IMG/VR virus record: IMGVR_UViG_3300017528_000567
Span: 62,001-126,000 of that record
Direction: 5' to 3' (one strand)
DNA: 64,000 bases
Position numbers and translations under genes: made by a program. The notes under the pieces are model-generated. The model saw only the letters and a program-made list of their open reading frames with translations, did no database searches and was not told the DNA's origin. Numbering within the stretch: position 1 is the first letter of the stretch; each line of letters opens with the position of its first letter. Shown here one piece after another: positions 11,301 through 20,684 of this stretch.

Positions 11301-14300
11301 CCACGGTGCCAGGGCGGTAAAGCAACGACTGGTCCCCGGCGAGCACAAACGTGTTGCTGCCGCGAGCAATGGCCTCGAAGATCTCCGCCCCCGATGCGAA
11401 GTAGCCAGGTACGAAAGTCGTCGCGCTGATCGGCGTTGGGCCAGACGACACAAAGATCCGAGGATCGGTGAACGGGCTCTGAAACACCTGATTGCCAGCG
11501 AGAACAACCGTGGTCTCCTGCTTCACGTCGTCATAGTTAGAATCACCGATCTGGTAGACCTGCTCATTCTCGATGCGCATCAAGTGCCCAGGCGGGAACG
11601 TTTCTTCGTGATCCCCGTGAACCACGAAACTGTTGTTCGGCTCGCCGTCTCCGTCTATCTCGTTGATCGTGACTACCGACGTCAGGATCGGAGGCTGCAA
11701 AACAGTGAACGTCTTCTCGCCGCCAACGGCCTTTGTCACGTAGTAGTCGATATAGACGCGCTCATCCGGTGCAATCGTTGGACCGTGCGGGAGTGCATCC
11801 GTGATCTGCTTGTCCACAAGAAACGTGATCTGAGAGCTTACAGGGTCAACCACGCATTGAACGCCCAGCGCCTGCGGGCGACCGCCGCGAAACACTGCAG
11901 GCGGCGGATTCATCGTCACAGGCAATCCCGCCTTGTTGAAGCTCAGGACGGAAGTCGGCTCCGGGTGCGGCTCGACGATCTCCTTGCGGATCAGAAACGT
12001 TGCGTACTCAGTGATGGGCGGCCCGGGGAGCGTTTGCGGAATCGTAGACGGGGTCGCAACCGTATAGGTGATCCGCGCTTCCTCCCGCTGCAGCATGCGA
12101 TCCCGGAAATGCACGAGTCCGAGCTCGGGCTGTAGCTCGTAGTCTTTGCCGGGGATCTGCTCGATCACCCAGTAGATCGATTTGCCAAGGTCAGCAGACG
12201 CGAAATTCGCTTCGCCGCTCTCCTCACTGAGCTCGACGGTGCCGGCTGGGAGCGAAGCAGGGTCGCTGAATGCAGCGTTGTCGGGCACCAGCACAACCGT
12301 CGCGAAGCCATCGCTCTGAGAGGCACCCAACCGATAGCCCGTGGTTTCCACGTAGGCGGGCGGCACGTTCAAACGCGGGACGTCATTCGAGGCGACCCCC
12401 AATGAGCGAATGCGCTCCACCTTGGTAGAAGGATCGAGCAGCACGGCAGGGGCAAAGTAGCGGTCAGCAAGGACTTCACGGCTATCGTAAATGGCGTACG
12501 TGACGCTCGGCATTGCCGGCGAAACCGCAAGGTCCAGCTCGAGCGAGGTCTCCGGAGTGATGGCTGGATTGGGCGGGTCGGCTGGAACTGGATCAGACAG
12601 CTTCGCGACCGTATACACTGACTCGTTTGCCAGCACCGCCAAGTATCCGGCCTGCACGCCATCCGTTTCAAAGTGCGCACTGGGATCCGTGAGCCGGGTG
12701 CCCGACACTGTGGCCGTCCCCTCGACAACCAACGTGTTCGTTGAAGTGAAGGACACAACGCCAGCCGTCGTATCCACAATCACGTCCTCGCCGATTGTCA
12801 GCTCGTTGTAGTTACCCGTGCCAGGCCCGGTCTCCAACTCGAACTTTAGATTGGTCGACAGCAGCAAAGGGTCCGGCAACACCACGTCCGACGTGAGGCT
12901 CTGGATTGGAACCAACAGGTTTTCTTTGCGCTCGGCAAAGAACAGCAACCCAGCATCGTAGTCGATGTAGAAGCCAAGACCGGAGTCAGGCGGCGGAGAC
13001 ACATTGAGATTGGGGAAGCCGTCCTCTGGGTCGCTGACATAAAACCCCTGCCCCTGTAGCACCTGCACTTTCAACGGGTAGCCTTCGATCGGCAGAGACG
13101 GTAGCGAGACCTGCGGAGACTGAATGATCGGATCAGCCCATGTCGCAGCCTTAACGGTGTAGATCGCCGTGACATCCTTCAGTGGCAGCGCCGCAGCGAG
13201 ATTCACAGGGTTCCGAAGGAACCGGACGGTCATACCGCGCTCGATGGGCAAATCGCCGAAGTAGAGGACCACATTCTGCGTGCCGAACTCGGTCTTGTCT
13301 GCCTCGGAAAACCGAAACTTCCCGTTCGTGGGATCGACCTGGACCTCACCCTTTTTGCCTGAATTGAAGTCCGCTTCGAGCCGATAGATGACGCTTGGAA
13401 AGCGATAGTACGGAGTCGCCCCAGGAAGCGAGAAGATCAGCGATGCGCCGAGTTGCGGCAGATTTGAAATGGTGCCAGGTAGGTTGACAGTTCCACGCGG
13501 CTGGGGCGGCAGCCCTTGCTCGGTCTTGAACAGCACCCCGTCGTAGTAGACGGGCACCCCCGCATGATTAGCGGCGTCGGTCGAGTTGAACAGAAGTCGG
13601 CCCGTGTCTAGCGCCCATTGAACCGTCCCGAGAGGTGGGGCCGTGAAGGCACCCTCATTCGGCTTTTCGACGGTAGTCAAATAGAGGCCGTACCCGAAAC
13701 GCAGCCGCGGGTACTGATTCGGGCCGGGCAAAGGGTTGAGCAACAAGACAGGGTCTGACGGCGCAATGGGTGCGGTGCCCAACTTCCCGGTCGAGTCCTT
13801 GAGCTCGTAGAACTGCTGCTGCTGAAACCGTACGCGCTGCCCCGCGTAGGTTGCCAAATCAGCGGCAGCCCAGTGGAGATTGCCCGTCTCCATCGAGAGT
13901 TGAACGGTGCCAGCGGGCGGGCTGGTGAAGTCCGCGTCATGTGCGACGGGTGCAACGATCTTCTTGACGCCACTCCCTGAAGAGCCAACCGAAAGGCGAT
14001 ACGGGGCGTCGGGCACCTCGTCTGCTTGCACCGGCGGTCGCACGCGTAGGCGCGTAGCGTCCATGTTCGCCTCAGCCGTGAGGATGCCAACCTCGACGGG
14101 TGCTGCCCCTCGTAGCGGCTTGAAGGCCCCTGCTTGCGCGTCGTACGTGAACCTCGCGACAATCTCGTTCTTCGTCCAGCCAAACCGAGCGGACTCAAGC
14201 AGACCGGGGTACGGGCCGGGCGGCAACGGCGGCTCTGCTTGAGGCGGCCCTTCCGAAGTCACCAACACCATGTAGTCAGCACGCGGCGCGGACTCGTCAG

Positions 14301-14424
14301 GCAGGTAGAACGCGTCGAACGCCCCAGGATTCGAGATGAGGTTATCCGGTGACTGCGTGAACGTGGCATTCGACTGCCCTACCCGCATCCCCTCGACAAC
14401 GTAGCCGCTGATCTCAAACGGCAT
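8335..14424 (-). CDS. Very large virion structural protein, baseplate or fibre-associated (2029 aa)
   Basis: Uninterrupted 6.1-kb ORF; beta-rich Pro/Gly/Thr composition with a helical C-terminus; lies between spike and wedge genes and is translationally coupled at both ends. Confidence 0.8.
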   Translation of the reverse strand: MPFEISGYVVEGMRVGQSNATFTQSPDNLISNPGAFDAFYLPDESAPRADYMVLVTSEGPPQAEPPLPPGPYPGLLESARFGWTKNEIVARFTYDAQAGAFKPLRGAAPVEVGILTAEANMDATRLRVRPPVQADEVPDAPYRLSVGSSGSGVKKIVAPVAHDADFTSPPAGTVQLSMETGNLHWAAADLATYAGQRVRFQQQQFYELKDSTGKLGTAPIAPSDPVLLLNPLPGPNQYPRLRFGYGLYLTTVEKPNEGAFTAPPLGTVQWALDTGRLLFNSTDAANHAGVPVYYDGVLFKTEQGLPPQPRGTVNLPGTISNLPQLGASLIFSLPGATPYYRFPSVIYRLEADFNSGKKGEVQVDPTNGKFRFSEADKTEFGTQNVVLYFGDLPIERGMTVRFLRNPVNLAAALPLKDVTAIYTVKAATWADPIIQSPQVSLPSLPIEGYPLKVQVLQGQGFYVSDPEDGFPNLNVSPPPDSGLGFYIDYDAGLLFFAERKENLLVPIQSLTSDVVLPDPLLLSTNLKFELETGPGTGNYNELTIGEDVIVDTTAGVVSFTSTNTLVVEGTATVSGTRLTDPSAHFETDGVQAGYLAVLANESVYTVAKLSDPVPADPPNPAITPETSLELDLAVSPAMPSVTYAIYDSREVLADRYFAPAVLLDPSTKVERIRSLGVASNDVPRLNVPPAYVETTGYRLGASQSDGFATVVLVPDNAAFSDPASLPAGTVELSEESGEANFASADLGKSIYWVIEQIPGKDYELQPELGLVHFRDRMLQREEARITYTVATPSTIPQTLPGPPITEYATFLIRKEIVEPHPEPTSVLSFNKAGLPVTMNPPPAVFRGGRPQALGVQCVVDPVSSQITFLVDKQITDALPHGPTIAPDERVYIDYYVTKAVGGEKTFTVLQPPILTSVVTINEIDGDGEPNNSFVVHGDHEETFPPGHLMRIENEQVYQIGDSNYDDVKQETTVVLAGNQVFQSPFTDPRIFVSSGPTPISATTFVPGYFASGAEIFEAIARGSNTFVLAGDQSLLYRPGTVVLFTNDAATFTDFLQVTGSAYEANTGRTVVMLSANTIRQYVYGPQLLLRSVRPVFEALVTELQTSRVPKLTEPYVVYRRVSGEPGQVLDSPVDYTINGSGHIVFAEPLGLGEEFGIIYTGLTTVDPGSGNPPQHLKASYTCQIAPSATNGLLGQILLADYSLSSPDTFYYRVETMTQFRAEFALEIATQASSGSSGPQTSNSSQPKLWEQGRKSLYFDERHLFNQDVIARGTLLFYNDMVTLLEAYKTGLDGSVVGNNDGSFLFDGTTGHVVTPSEPVTNQIDDAIKVSPAPYEVTYPPFAVTSIGTFRKYYTPGDLSRFFPTQRNFFGVPAIDPLVTLAPGTEVLDTGAENITTVSGLHTRLAWAVVTKKAFAGETTLAVDNANGSADYVHPQFLPGMLCLIQQPNGTLVGAPLTIAGSGVTATSLTFTTPLTVTVIKGCTVYRSPADTSQTGVNKLVNHVLNRDYSFTGETGQITYVASAAGNSPLLSGEAVSGLVSFPNQETAPARIPALYGGIEDDDGDLSFPIQTPDQNSELKGYLDTEVAMINGILSLTTESNGISPPVLVTMIETFAGSHSSTRIEFTTSAIVPSIQVFDIVRITSGANSLDPEARLFRRIISVDGTGLNISGVNPWLYQVGFVNIEIATATAKSGPSNQGYFPTTTRLSDLTANFTANVQVGETVVITSGLNQGLRRQVKTILNSQLLELDKPVTSVIVAPAAASSYRVVASLSSYGNYYTPPYLTDMKTTLTDAVAAEIPLYVNEKAALLEVLDMAFTDFLLPSPRAATVAVNTLTDGAATFEHSKVTTQHVIYIESGANAQVYQIKKVLDETHLETVEPFTSPGPVTYRLVSTFGISGESARTIYTLYKAIEVRRTEAQTFYNTLVATIAIAGDTTNSYATSLRDATLSARLIRVNSRLAEIPAAVTAIEDILVNVDQLYDKRYVWVDARINLEDGLLVRQDTAIKNRIKAQAEILKQLTKLLAVEGT

Positions 14425-15005
14425 CAGAGCACCGTCCCAAGCCCGACGCCGGTACTACCCATGGGCGAAGCGCCGCCCACAATCGGGATCCCAGGTTGGA
14501 TGAATGAAGCAAATGTCATGTCTAGGCCTGTACCGATGGCTCGAGCCATCCTCGTCGGACCGTCCCCGCTCATCCCCGCAGCAGAGAAGCCCGAGATGAT
14601 CGCTGGCACCGCAGTGGGTCCAACGATCCTTGCTACACCTGTGCCCACGCCCACAGACGGGTGATTGGTCTGCAAAAGTGCCAAAGCCGTCCAGCCCATG
14701 GTGAGCCCCGTGGCGAGGCCCAAAATGAATTTGGGTGCCATCATCCCGAGCAGCCCAGAAGACGCCAACCCAGTGGTCAACGAGCTCGACAACAACGGGC
14801 TCGGCACGATCAGAGGAATGAGCCCCGTACCGACCCCCAAAGTGCCCACATCCACCGTCATCACCTTCGATTGGACGGTCAGGAACTGGCACACGCCAAT
14901 CGCGACCCCGAGCGCGAACATCGGGACCCCAGAGCCGATATTCCCCGTGGCGGCCAGATTGGGCGCAATGAACCCAGAGGCTAGCGCTGGAGGGTTGAGC
15001 GCCAT
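14424..15005 (-). CDS. Gly/Ala-rich 193-aa protein with three internal repeats; candidate spike-tip protein
   Basis: ATG at 15005 overlaps the spike gene stop (TGATG). Three ~63-aa repeats end in GVGTG, GVGTG and GVGLG. Confidence 0.7.
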   Translation of the reverse strand: MALNPPALASGFIAPNLAATGNIGSGVPMFALGVAIGVCQFLTVQSKVMTVDVGTLGVGTGLIPLIVPSPLLSSSLTTGLASSGLLGMMAPKFILGLATGLTMGWTALALLQTNHPSVGVGTGVARIVGPTAVPAIISGFSAAGMSGDGPTRMARAIGTGLDMTFASFIQPGIPIVGGASPMGSTGVGLGTVL

Positions 15006-17161
15006 CAGAGCAGCGACCTGAAGGTAGAGGCGCCTTGGAGGGCTAGGCCGGTTATCCAATCCAGGCTCGGGGTGCCAGGGGGCATCATCGGGCTACCTCG
15101 GCAAACACCGAGAGAGGCGGAAGGTCCGCCAACCATGACTTGGGCAGTCGTGAGTGTGATCGAGGTCGGGGCCGTCAAGGTCATGGTGGTCCCCGCCGAA
15201 AGGGACACAGCCAGACCGGCAGTCAGCGAGAAAGCTCCCGCAGCTGCAGAGAGGGTCATGGCGCCAGTGGCAGTTGAGATCGAAATCGCGCCCGTCCCCA
15301 CGGTCAACGTGTACGAGCCCGCAGGCACTAGCGTAGTCATCGAGCCGCCAAGGACGTTGGTCGACCAGTCACCGACCAGCGCCGTCTCAGTCATCCCGCC
15401 GGCAAGGATCGTGGAGGTCTTGCCTCCCGAGACGATCGTCTCCAGCACTTGCTGTGCGTACTGATATTGGCTTTTGCCCGAGCTCAAAACATCGATGCCC
15501 CCCGAGTTTTGCCCGTAGCCGGAGTGCGCGTTGATGCTCAACCGATCGGCCAGCATCGAATAGCCGCCGCTCACAGCGGTGACCTTCGCCCCGTCGACAT
15601 TTTCAATGCTGTCCGACGAGGTCCACGATTGTCGAGCTCCCTGCAGTTGCTCCGAGTACGCCACGTTGTTGTTATCCGGGACCCCCTGAGCCTCCAGCAC
15701 ATACGAAGAGTGCGTGCGGAACTGCAAACCGGCACCCGAGGCACTACCGCGGAAGTCGAAAATAGCCCCGCCCTCCAGGGTCAGATGCAGCGCAATGTTG
15801 TCGGGGGTGCAGGCCCCGATTCGAGCCTTGACAGCGCCTTCGAAGTTGAGCTCTGCCGACACGTTCTTCGTGCCAGTGAAATACTTCTCGACTTTTGACC
15901 CCGGCACATTCAGGAACAGCTTGCCCTGCTTGGACACTGCCATCGCGAACGCGCTGATCGTGTCAGTCGTGCCCGCAGGGTTGGAAGGCGGGCTGATCCG
16001 TAGCAGATAGGCCCCCGCCGTTGTGTAGGACTCCGTGTCATCGAACGGCGAGCGCGCGATCGGCTCAGTTGTAAAGTTTGCTGCGCCCGTGGCCAAGAAG
16101 TCATCGAACAGCTTCGGCCTAAGAAGTTGCCCGTACTGCTGCATCCCTGTGTCACTAGAGAGGTCGTTGCCGACCAGGGTGCCAAGCACCCGCTCGATGT
16201 AGATGGGGCGCCTATCCATCTGAAAGCCGTCGATCTCTTCGCGGACCTCCTGCGTAAGATCGGTCGTATGAGTCATCTCAAGACGATCCTCCGTGTACGG
16301 TTCGGCGCCCGCGCCCTCACTCGGGTCCTCGAAATTGACGGCTGGAAACGTGGCCGGGTAGTGAACCTGGCGCCCGTTCGCAAGAGTCACCGATGGAAAC
16401 TCTTCCTCGTTGTTGAACGTATCGTAGAGCGTCCCCTCGCTCACCGTGTAGCGCCTCACGATGTCCCCGCCGTAATACTTTTGATCAGCCGTTTTCAGTG
16501 TGCTGCCGTCCGCGAGAATATCTGGCGGCAGATAGAACCCCGAGCGGCGGGCCGGACCGGACATGCGAAGCACGCCGGCCTCGCTCTCCACCCTATGCAG
16601 CGCCTGAGCAACAAGCGAGCGCTCCGCATCCCGCAACTCAATGAAGTCACCCGCACGGTTCATCATCCGTACGTCTGACGTAAGGGTGAACTCCGATCCC
16701 GCTGCTGACATCCCGCCGACGTCCCCGGGCTTCAGCTTCAACCTTTTGAAGCGGATCTGCGGCCCTACGACTTTTCGGTAATCGGACGCTTCATCGGCGC
16801 TTACCCCAGCAGGGTCCGAAGGAGCGACGGGGTCAAAGCGTAAGCCGCTCGTTTTGCCGTTAGGGATGAACCCTAGGATCACCGCCTCGTGCAGCTGCTT
16901 GTGCTTGCGCCGATAGCCGATAATCACGAATGAGTTGACCTCTGGGATACCGCCCCAAAAGCTGCGCGGGCCGTACATGGCTTGCGTGAGGTCGATCTCG
17001 AACTGCTCTCCGCCACCCGTCAACACTTTGAGGTCGCACTTCAACTCTACTTCATCAACGCGGGTAACAATCGCCAGCTTGATGCCGTACGGCGCACCCG
17101 TGTCTACAAACTCTGCGCCTGCGACGTACCCGGATGGGTTCTTTGGAAATAGGTCAGACAT
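15005..17161 (-). CDS. Central baseplate spike (gp5 / gpV / VgrG-C-like)
   Basis: N-terminal OB-fold-like segment (AIVTRVDEVELKCDL...GGIPEVNSFVII) and C-terminal short-period beta-helix repeats (YTLTVGTGAISISTATGAMTLSAAAGAFSLTAG); follows the hub gene. Confidence 0.8.
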   Translation of the reverse strand: MSDLFPKNPSGYVAGAEFVDTGAPYGIKLAIVTRVDEVELKCDLKVLTGGGEQFEIDLTQAMYGPRSFWGGIPEVNSFVIIGYRRKHKQLHEAVILGFIPNGKTSGLRFDPVAPSDPAGVSADEASDYRKVVGPQIRFKRLKLKPGDVGGMSAAGSEFTLTSDVRMMNRAGDFIELRDAERSLVAQALHRVESEAGVLRMSGPARRSGFYLPPDILADGSTLKTADQKYYGGDIVRRYTVSEGTLYDTFNNEEEFPSVTLANGRQVHYPATFPAVNFEDPSEGAGAEPYTEDRLEMTHTTDLTQEVREEIDGFQMDRRPIYIERVLGTLVGNDLSSDTGMQQYGQLLRPKLFDDFLATGAANFTTEPIARSPFDDTESYTTAGAYLLRISPPSNPAGTTDTISAFAMAVSKQGKLFLNVPGSKVEKYFTGTKNVSAELNFEGAVKARIGACTPDNIALHLTLEGGAIFDFRGSASGAGLQFRTHSSYVLEAQGVPDNNNVAYSEQLQGARQSWTSSDSIENVDGAKVTAVSGGYSMLADRLSINAHSGYGQNSGGIDVLSSGKSQYQYAQQVLETIVSGGKTSTILAGGMTETALVGDWSTNVLGGSMTTLVPAGSYTLTVGTGAISISTATGAMTLSAAAGAFSLTAGLAVSLSAGTTMTLTAPTSITLTTAQVMVGGPSASLGVCRGSPMMPPGTPSLDWITGLALQGASTFRSLL

Positions 17162-17162
17162 G

Positions 17163-20100
17163 TCACAAGGTCGCTAGCTTGGTTTGGTTATCGAGGAGCT
17201 GCTTTTGCGTCTTCGCAATCTCTTGGCTGAGAGTGTCGATCTGCTTCTGTAAATCCACGCCAATCACAGTCGCCTTCGTATCACGCTGCTTGATAAGCTG
17301 GTCACGTGTCGCAGTCAGTCGGGCGATGCTGGCCTTGTCCTGACTAATCTGCGTCGACAGGTTCCGCTTTGCAGAGTCCCCCCGAAGGTCCTTGCTGAAG
17401 TCACTCCACGCCTTACTGAGATTGTTCACGTTGCTTTCGGCGGATCCGACGGCGGCATTTGCATCGCCGAGCATGAATCGATTGGGCGCAGAGAACGGCG
17501 GCGCCAACTCTGACGGCGGACTCGTACTTGCCGCGTTCGGGCTAACATGCCGTTTGGGGGTCGGCCTGGGCACCAGGTCCGCCGCATCCTGCATCGGCAG
17601 CTTGTCGCCACGAATGGCGCTCTCGAACAGCTGGTGTGCATCATCCAGGGTCGAGTACAGCTTCAGCAAGAAGTCCTCCACCTTGTTTACCACCTCACTG
17701 TTAGTCTTCGTAAAAATCGAGTTCGAGCTCCCAGAATACTGCGCTCGCTGTTCTTCTAACTTGAACTGCGCCTGCGTCTTCTTGGTTTGCAACTCACTCC
17801 AAAGAGTCCAGGCTTCATTGAGCATCTGAGTGACGGCTTCGTCGACCCGACTCTCACTCTGCTGTTGTTCGAGTTCCTTGATGCGTGCATCCACCTTTGC
17901 CAGCTCAGCCTCAAGCTGCACGACCTCCCTTGCGAGCGCCGCCGTGGCCCCGGTCTGTATCGGTCCACCGCGATCAACCAGGGGAGAATTCGCTGGTAGC
18001 GTCGACGAATCTTCCGCAGCGTCGCCCGTGAGTACTTTCACCTGATAGTCAAGGGACATGAATGCCAGGTCAGCCCGCCCCGTGAGACACACACAATCCC
18101 CATCCTGTTGTCGGCCCGCAGCATCTTGCACGGCCATCTCTGCCAAGGTCAGAGCACGTGATAGCTGAGTCGCTTCAACAGATGGCTCGATCCCCCGCTG
18201 CTCTTGAGAGCCCAAAGTCGCGGTTCCCACCCCTTCATCGTCGACCCCGACAAACTCCGGAGCCTTCGTGTTGGGGCTCGACTCTGAGCCCACCATAACC
18301 GCAGCGGTTTGCCCCTCTTCGGGCGTCATCGTGGCCAGGGTAGCGGCGGGATCTGCGTAGCCCGTCGCGATGCTCGTGAGCCCCTGCGATTGAACTGTCA
18401 GCATGCCACTCAGATCGGCGGCTACAGCGAGTTGTACGCCAACCGTCGCCTTGTCCTGGCTGTTGACGATGAGTCGCCCATCTCGCAAGGACACGCCGCG
18501 GCCGTACTGGAAGTGACCGATCAACTCGAACCCACGCTCATCACTCACCGGGCGGATCATAGACATCGGATTCGCCGCAGCCTTGTCTACGGTTGCCGGA
18601 TCGGGCGCCGGGGTCACATGCAGATTCTCTGTGTGCACCATCAAAAGCTGTTTGATCACTTTGCCCGCGTCATGGGCATAGACATAGACACCAGCCGAGT
18701 TGAGCCCGTACTGATACGTATTCGAGAGGTGCTTGCCCTGCAGAACGGCGTTGCGATTGACGGTAAACCGATCGGTTAGCTTGAAATCGTAGACCTCCTG
18801 ACGCTGCCTCGTAATCTCCCGCAACTGCTTGGAGACCTGGGGGTTTGCCAACTGCGCATCCCTCTGGCCGGCATACTTGTGAATATCGGAGGTCGCAAAC
18901 GGCCGTGTGTACGCGAGCACGATATTCGGATAGCCCACGATTCTGCCGGTCTTTGGGTGCCGTAAAATCAGCGGCTCGGCTGGGTTCTCTGCCCCGGACT
19001 TGCCCTCAAAAAGAGCTTGATTCGCCGGCATCTCAAGAGCGTTACCCATCTTGAGCTCGAACACCCCCTTCTCAGACAACTGCTTCGAGGTAAATCGAGC
19101 GGCTTTAGGGGCGCCGTCCTTGCTCGGAGCAGGCGGGTCCACGGGGCTAGTCAGCGTCAAGTCAGCTATGCCCCTAGGCGGGACAAACTTTGACCTTCTA
19201 CTGGTCAGCTGCAGCGACGTAGTGCACCGTCCGCCAAACGCGAAGCTGTGGCTAATTCCAGTGACGTACCAAAGCTGGTCCTTCGGGGCGAGGTAGATAG
19301 GGAACCCCAAGCGGAGCTCGGGGCGCATCGGGATCGTGACGCTACCCCGGTGCCTCTTAGAGTTGATCCGATCCAGCATGTCCAGCCCGTGGAAAAACAT
19401 CTGGGTCGGGTCGGACATGAACTCAGAGTTGTACGGATGAGTTCGCCACCCGTACTTGCGCAACAGGTGAAAATCAGTCACTGACGTGAACGGCGTTGCC
19501 TCATGGGGGATCCCCGGGTCTTGCGTACCGCCGTAGTTACCCTGCATCGTAATCTGAGTGACCACCTCGGACTCAGAGTCGGAGAAATCCCAATCAATGA
19601 TGTCGATGTCCTGAATCCAGGAAGTGGGCTTGTTGCCAAGGACGTCGAGGTTGTAGAAGGGCGGCTTGAAAACGATGTCGCCGGTCACATCCATGTAGAA
19701 CTCAAACCCGATCGCGTCTTTGGCGTCGTTGGCGATCTCCAGTTTCGTCCGGTACTCGGACTGCCAGATGCCCACTCCGATGTTCTGATATACAATTTTG
19801 TACGCAGCGACCTTGTCGCTCGCTGGGTCATAGGACATTTGTCCTGCATCCGGCCCACCGTTAGCGTTACGGACAGCAGTCGACGCCATCGAGCCGGTAA
19901 CGGTGGGTGTCGGCTGCTTCGAGTACTCTTGCCAAAGCGTATCACCACGAACGGCGACCCCAGCCGCCCCGTACAGCACAAGGTTGTTACGCATCTTCGC
20001 AAAGCGCTTCTCCCAGTACAGCGTGATGTCTGTCATGGTGGAGTTGAAGACGTCCTTCTGCGTGCCCTCACGGAGCAGAGCGTTCATCGATCCGGTGGCG

Positions 20101-20675
20101 TTCACGATGTCGCCGAAAGACTGACTCGCAAGCGTGAAAATCATGTCGTAGGGGTTCACTTGCGTAAACACGTTGCCGGTAACGCCCCTCCCCTGTTGCC
20201 CTGAAGGCGCAGCAAAAGCCGCGTTGATGTTGAGCTTGCACAGCTCCCACCACTTCAGAATATCGGCACAGTGGAGGCTGACAGTGTGCTCGCCGCTTGA
20301 GTAACTTTCGGAAACCTCAGTCACGAGCCCCCAGAAGATGGGGTAGTACTGTGGTAAGCCCTCGACCAAGTAGTACCCCTTGGCGTAGATCTCGACCTCC
20401 ATCATCGGCGTGATGATCGGGTTGCCGTCAAAATAGAAGTCGTCGATCGAGTGCCGCGGAATGGACATCGAAACGTTGGCGCTCCCCGGGCAACTATCGA
20501 CGCTCAGATCTGTCTGAATCGCTGTGATGTACTTGTTGAGGTCGAAGCGTTTGGCGCATTGCGGACAGCCCACAACGTCGCCCTCGCCGTTGATGTAGAC
20601 GATGGCATCCGGAGCCGTCGCCACGGTGGGCCGTGCGTTCGGCTGAAATGTCCCTTGAAATGGTCCGCGTGCCAT
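17163..20675 (-). CDS. Baseplate hub protein (gp27 / gpD-like) with long C-terminal extension
   Basis: IFWGLVTEVSESYSSGEHTVSLHCAD, FEFYMDVTGDIVFKPPFY and GSVTIPMRPELRLGFPIY...YVTGISHSF are typical hub segments; C-terminal coiled coils. Confidence 0.8.
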   Translation of the reverse strand: MARGPFQGTFQPNARPTVATAPDAIVYINGEGDVVGCPQCAKRFDLNKYITAIQTDLSVDSCPGSANVSMSIPRHSIDDFYFDGNPIITPMMEVEIYAKGYYLVEGLPQYYPIFWGLVTEVSESYSSGEHTVSLHCADILKWWELCKLNINAAFAAPSGQQGRGVTGNVFTQVNPYDMIFTLASQSFGDIVNATGSMNALLREGTQKDVFNSTMTDITLYWEKRFAKMRNNLVLYGAAGVAVRGDTLWQEYSKQPTPTVTGSMASTAVRNANGGPDAGQMSYDPASDKVAAYKIVYQNIGVGIWQSEYRTKLEIANDAKDAIGFEFYMDVTGDIVFKPPFYNLDVLGNKPTSWIQDIDIIDWDFSDSESEVVTQITMQGNYGGTQDPGIPHEATPFTSVTDFHLLRKYGWRTHPYNSEFMSDPTQMFFHGLDMLDRINSKRHRGSVTIPMRPELRLGFPIYLAPKDQLWYVTGISHSFAFGGRCTTSLQLTSRRSKFVPPRGIADLTLTSPVDPPAPSKDGAPKAARFTSKQLSEKGVFELKMGNALEMPANQALFEGKSGAENPAEPLILRHPKTGRIVGYPNIVLAYTRPFATSDIHKYAGQRDAQLANPQVSKQLREITRQRQEVYDFKLTDRFTVNRNAVLQGKHLSNTYQYGLNSAGVYVYAHDAGKVIKQLLMVHTENLHVTPAPDPATVDKAAANPMSMIRPVSDERGFELIGHFQYGRGVSLRDGRLIVNSQDKATVGVQLAVAADLSGMLTVQSQGLTSIATGYADPAATLATMTPEEGQTAAVMVGSESSPNTKAPEFVGVDDEGVGTATLGSQEQRGIEPSVEATQLSRALTLAEMAVQDAAGRQQDGDCVCLTGRADLAFMSLDYQVKVLTGDAAEDSSTLPANSPLVDRGGPIQTGATAALAREVVQLEAELAKVDARIKELEQQQSESRVDEAVTQMLNEAWTLWSELQTKKTQAQFKLEEQRAQYSGSSNSIFTKTNSEVVNKVEDFLLKLYSTLDDAHQLFESAIRGDKLPMQDAADLVPRPTPKRHVSPNAASTSPPSELAPPFSAPNRFMLGDANAAVGSAESNVNNLSKAWSDFSKDLRGDSAKRNLSTQISQDKASIARLTATRDQLIKQRDTKATVIGVDLQKQIDTLSQEIAKTQKQLLDNQTKLATL

Positions 20676-20684
20676 ATTGTCCGC

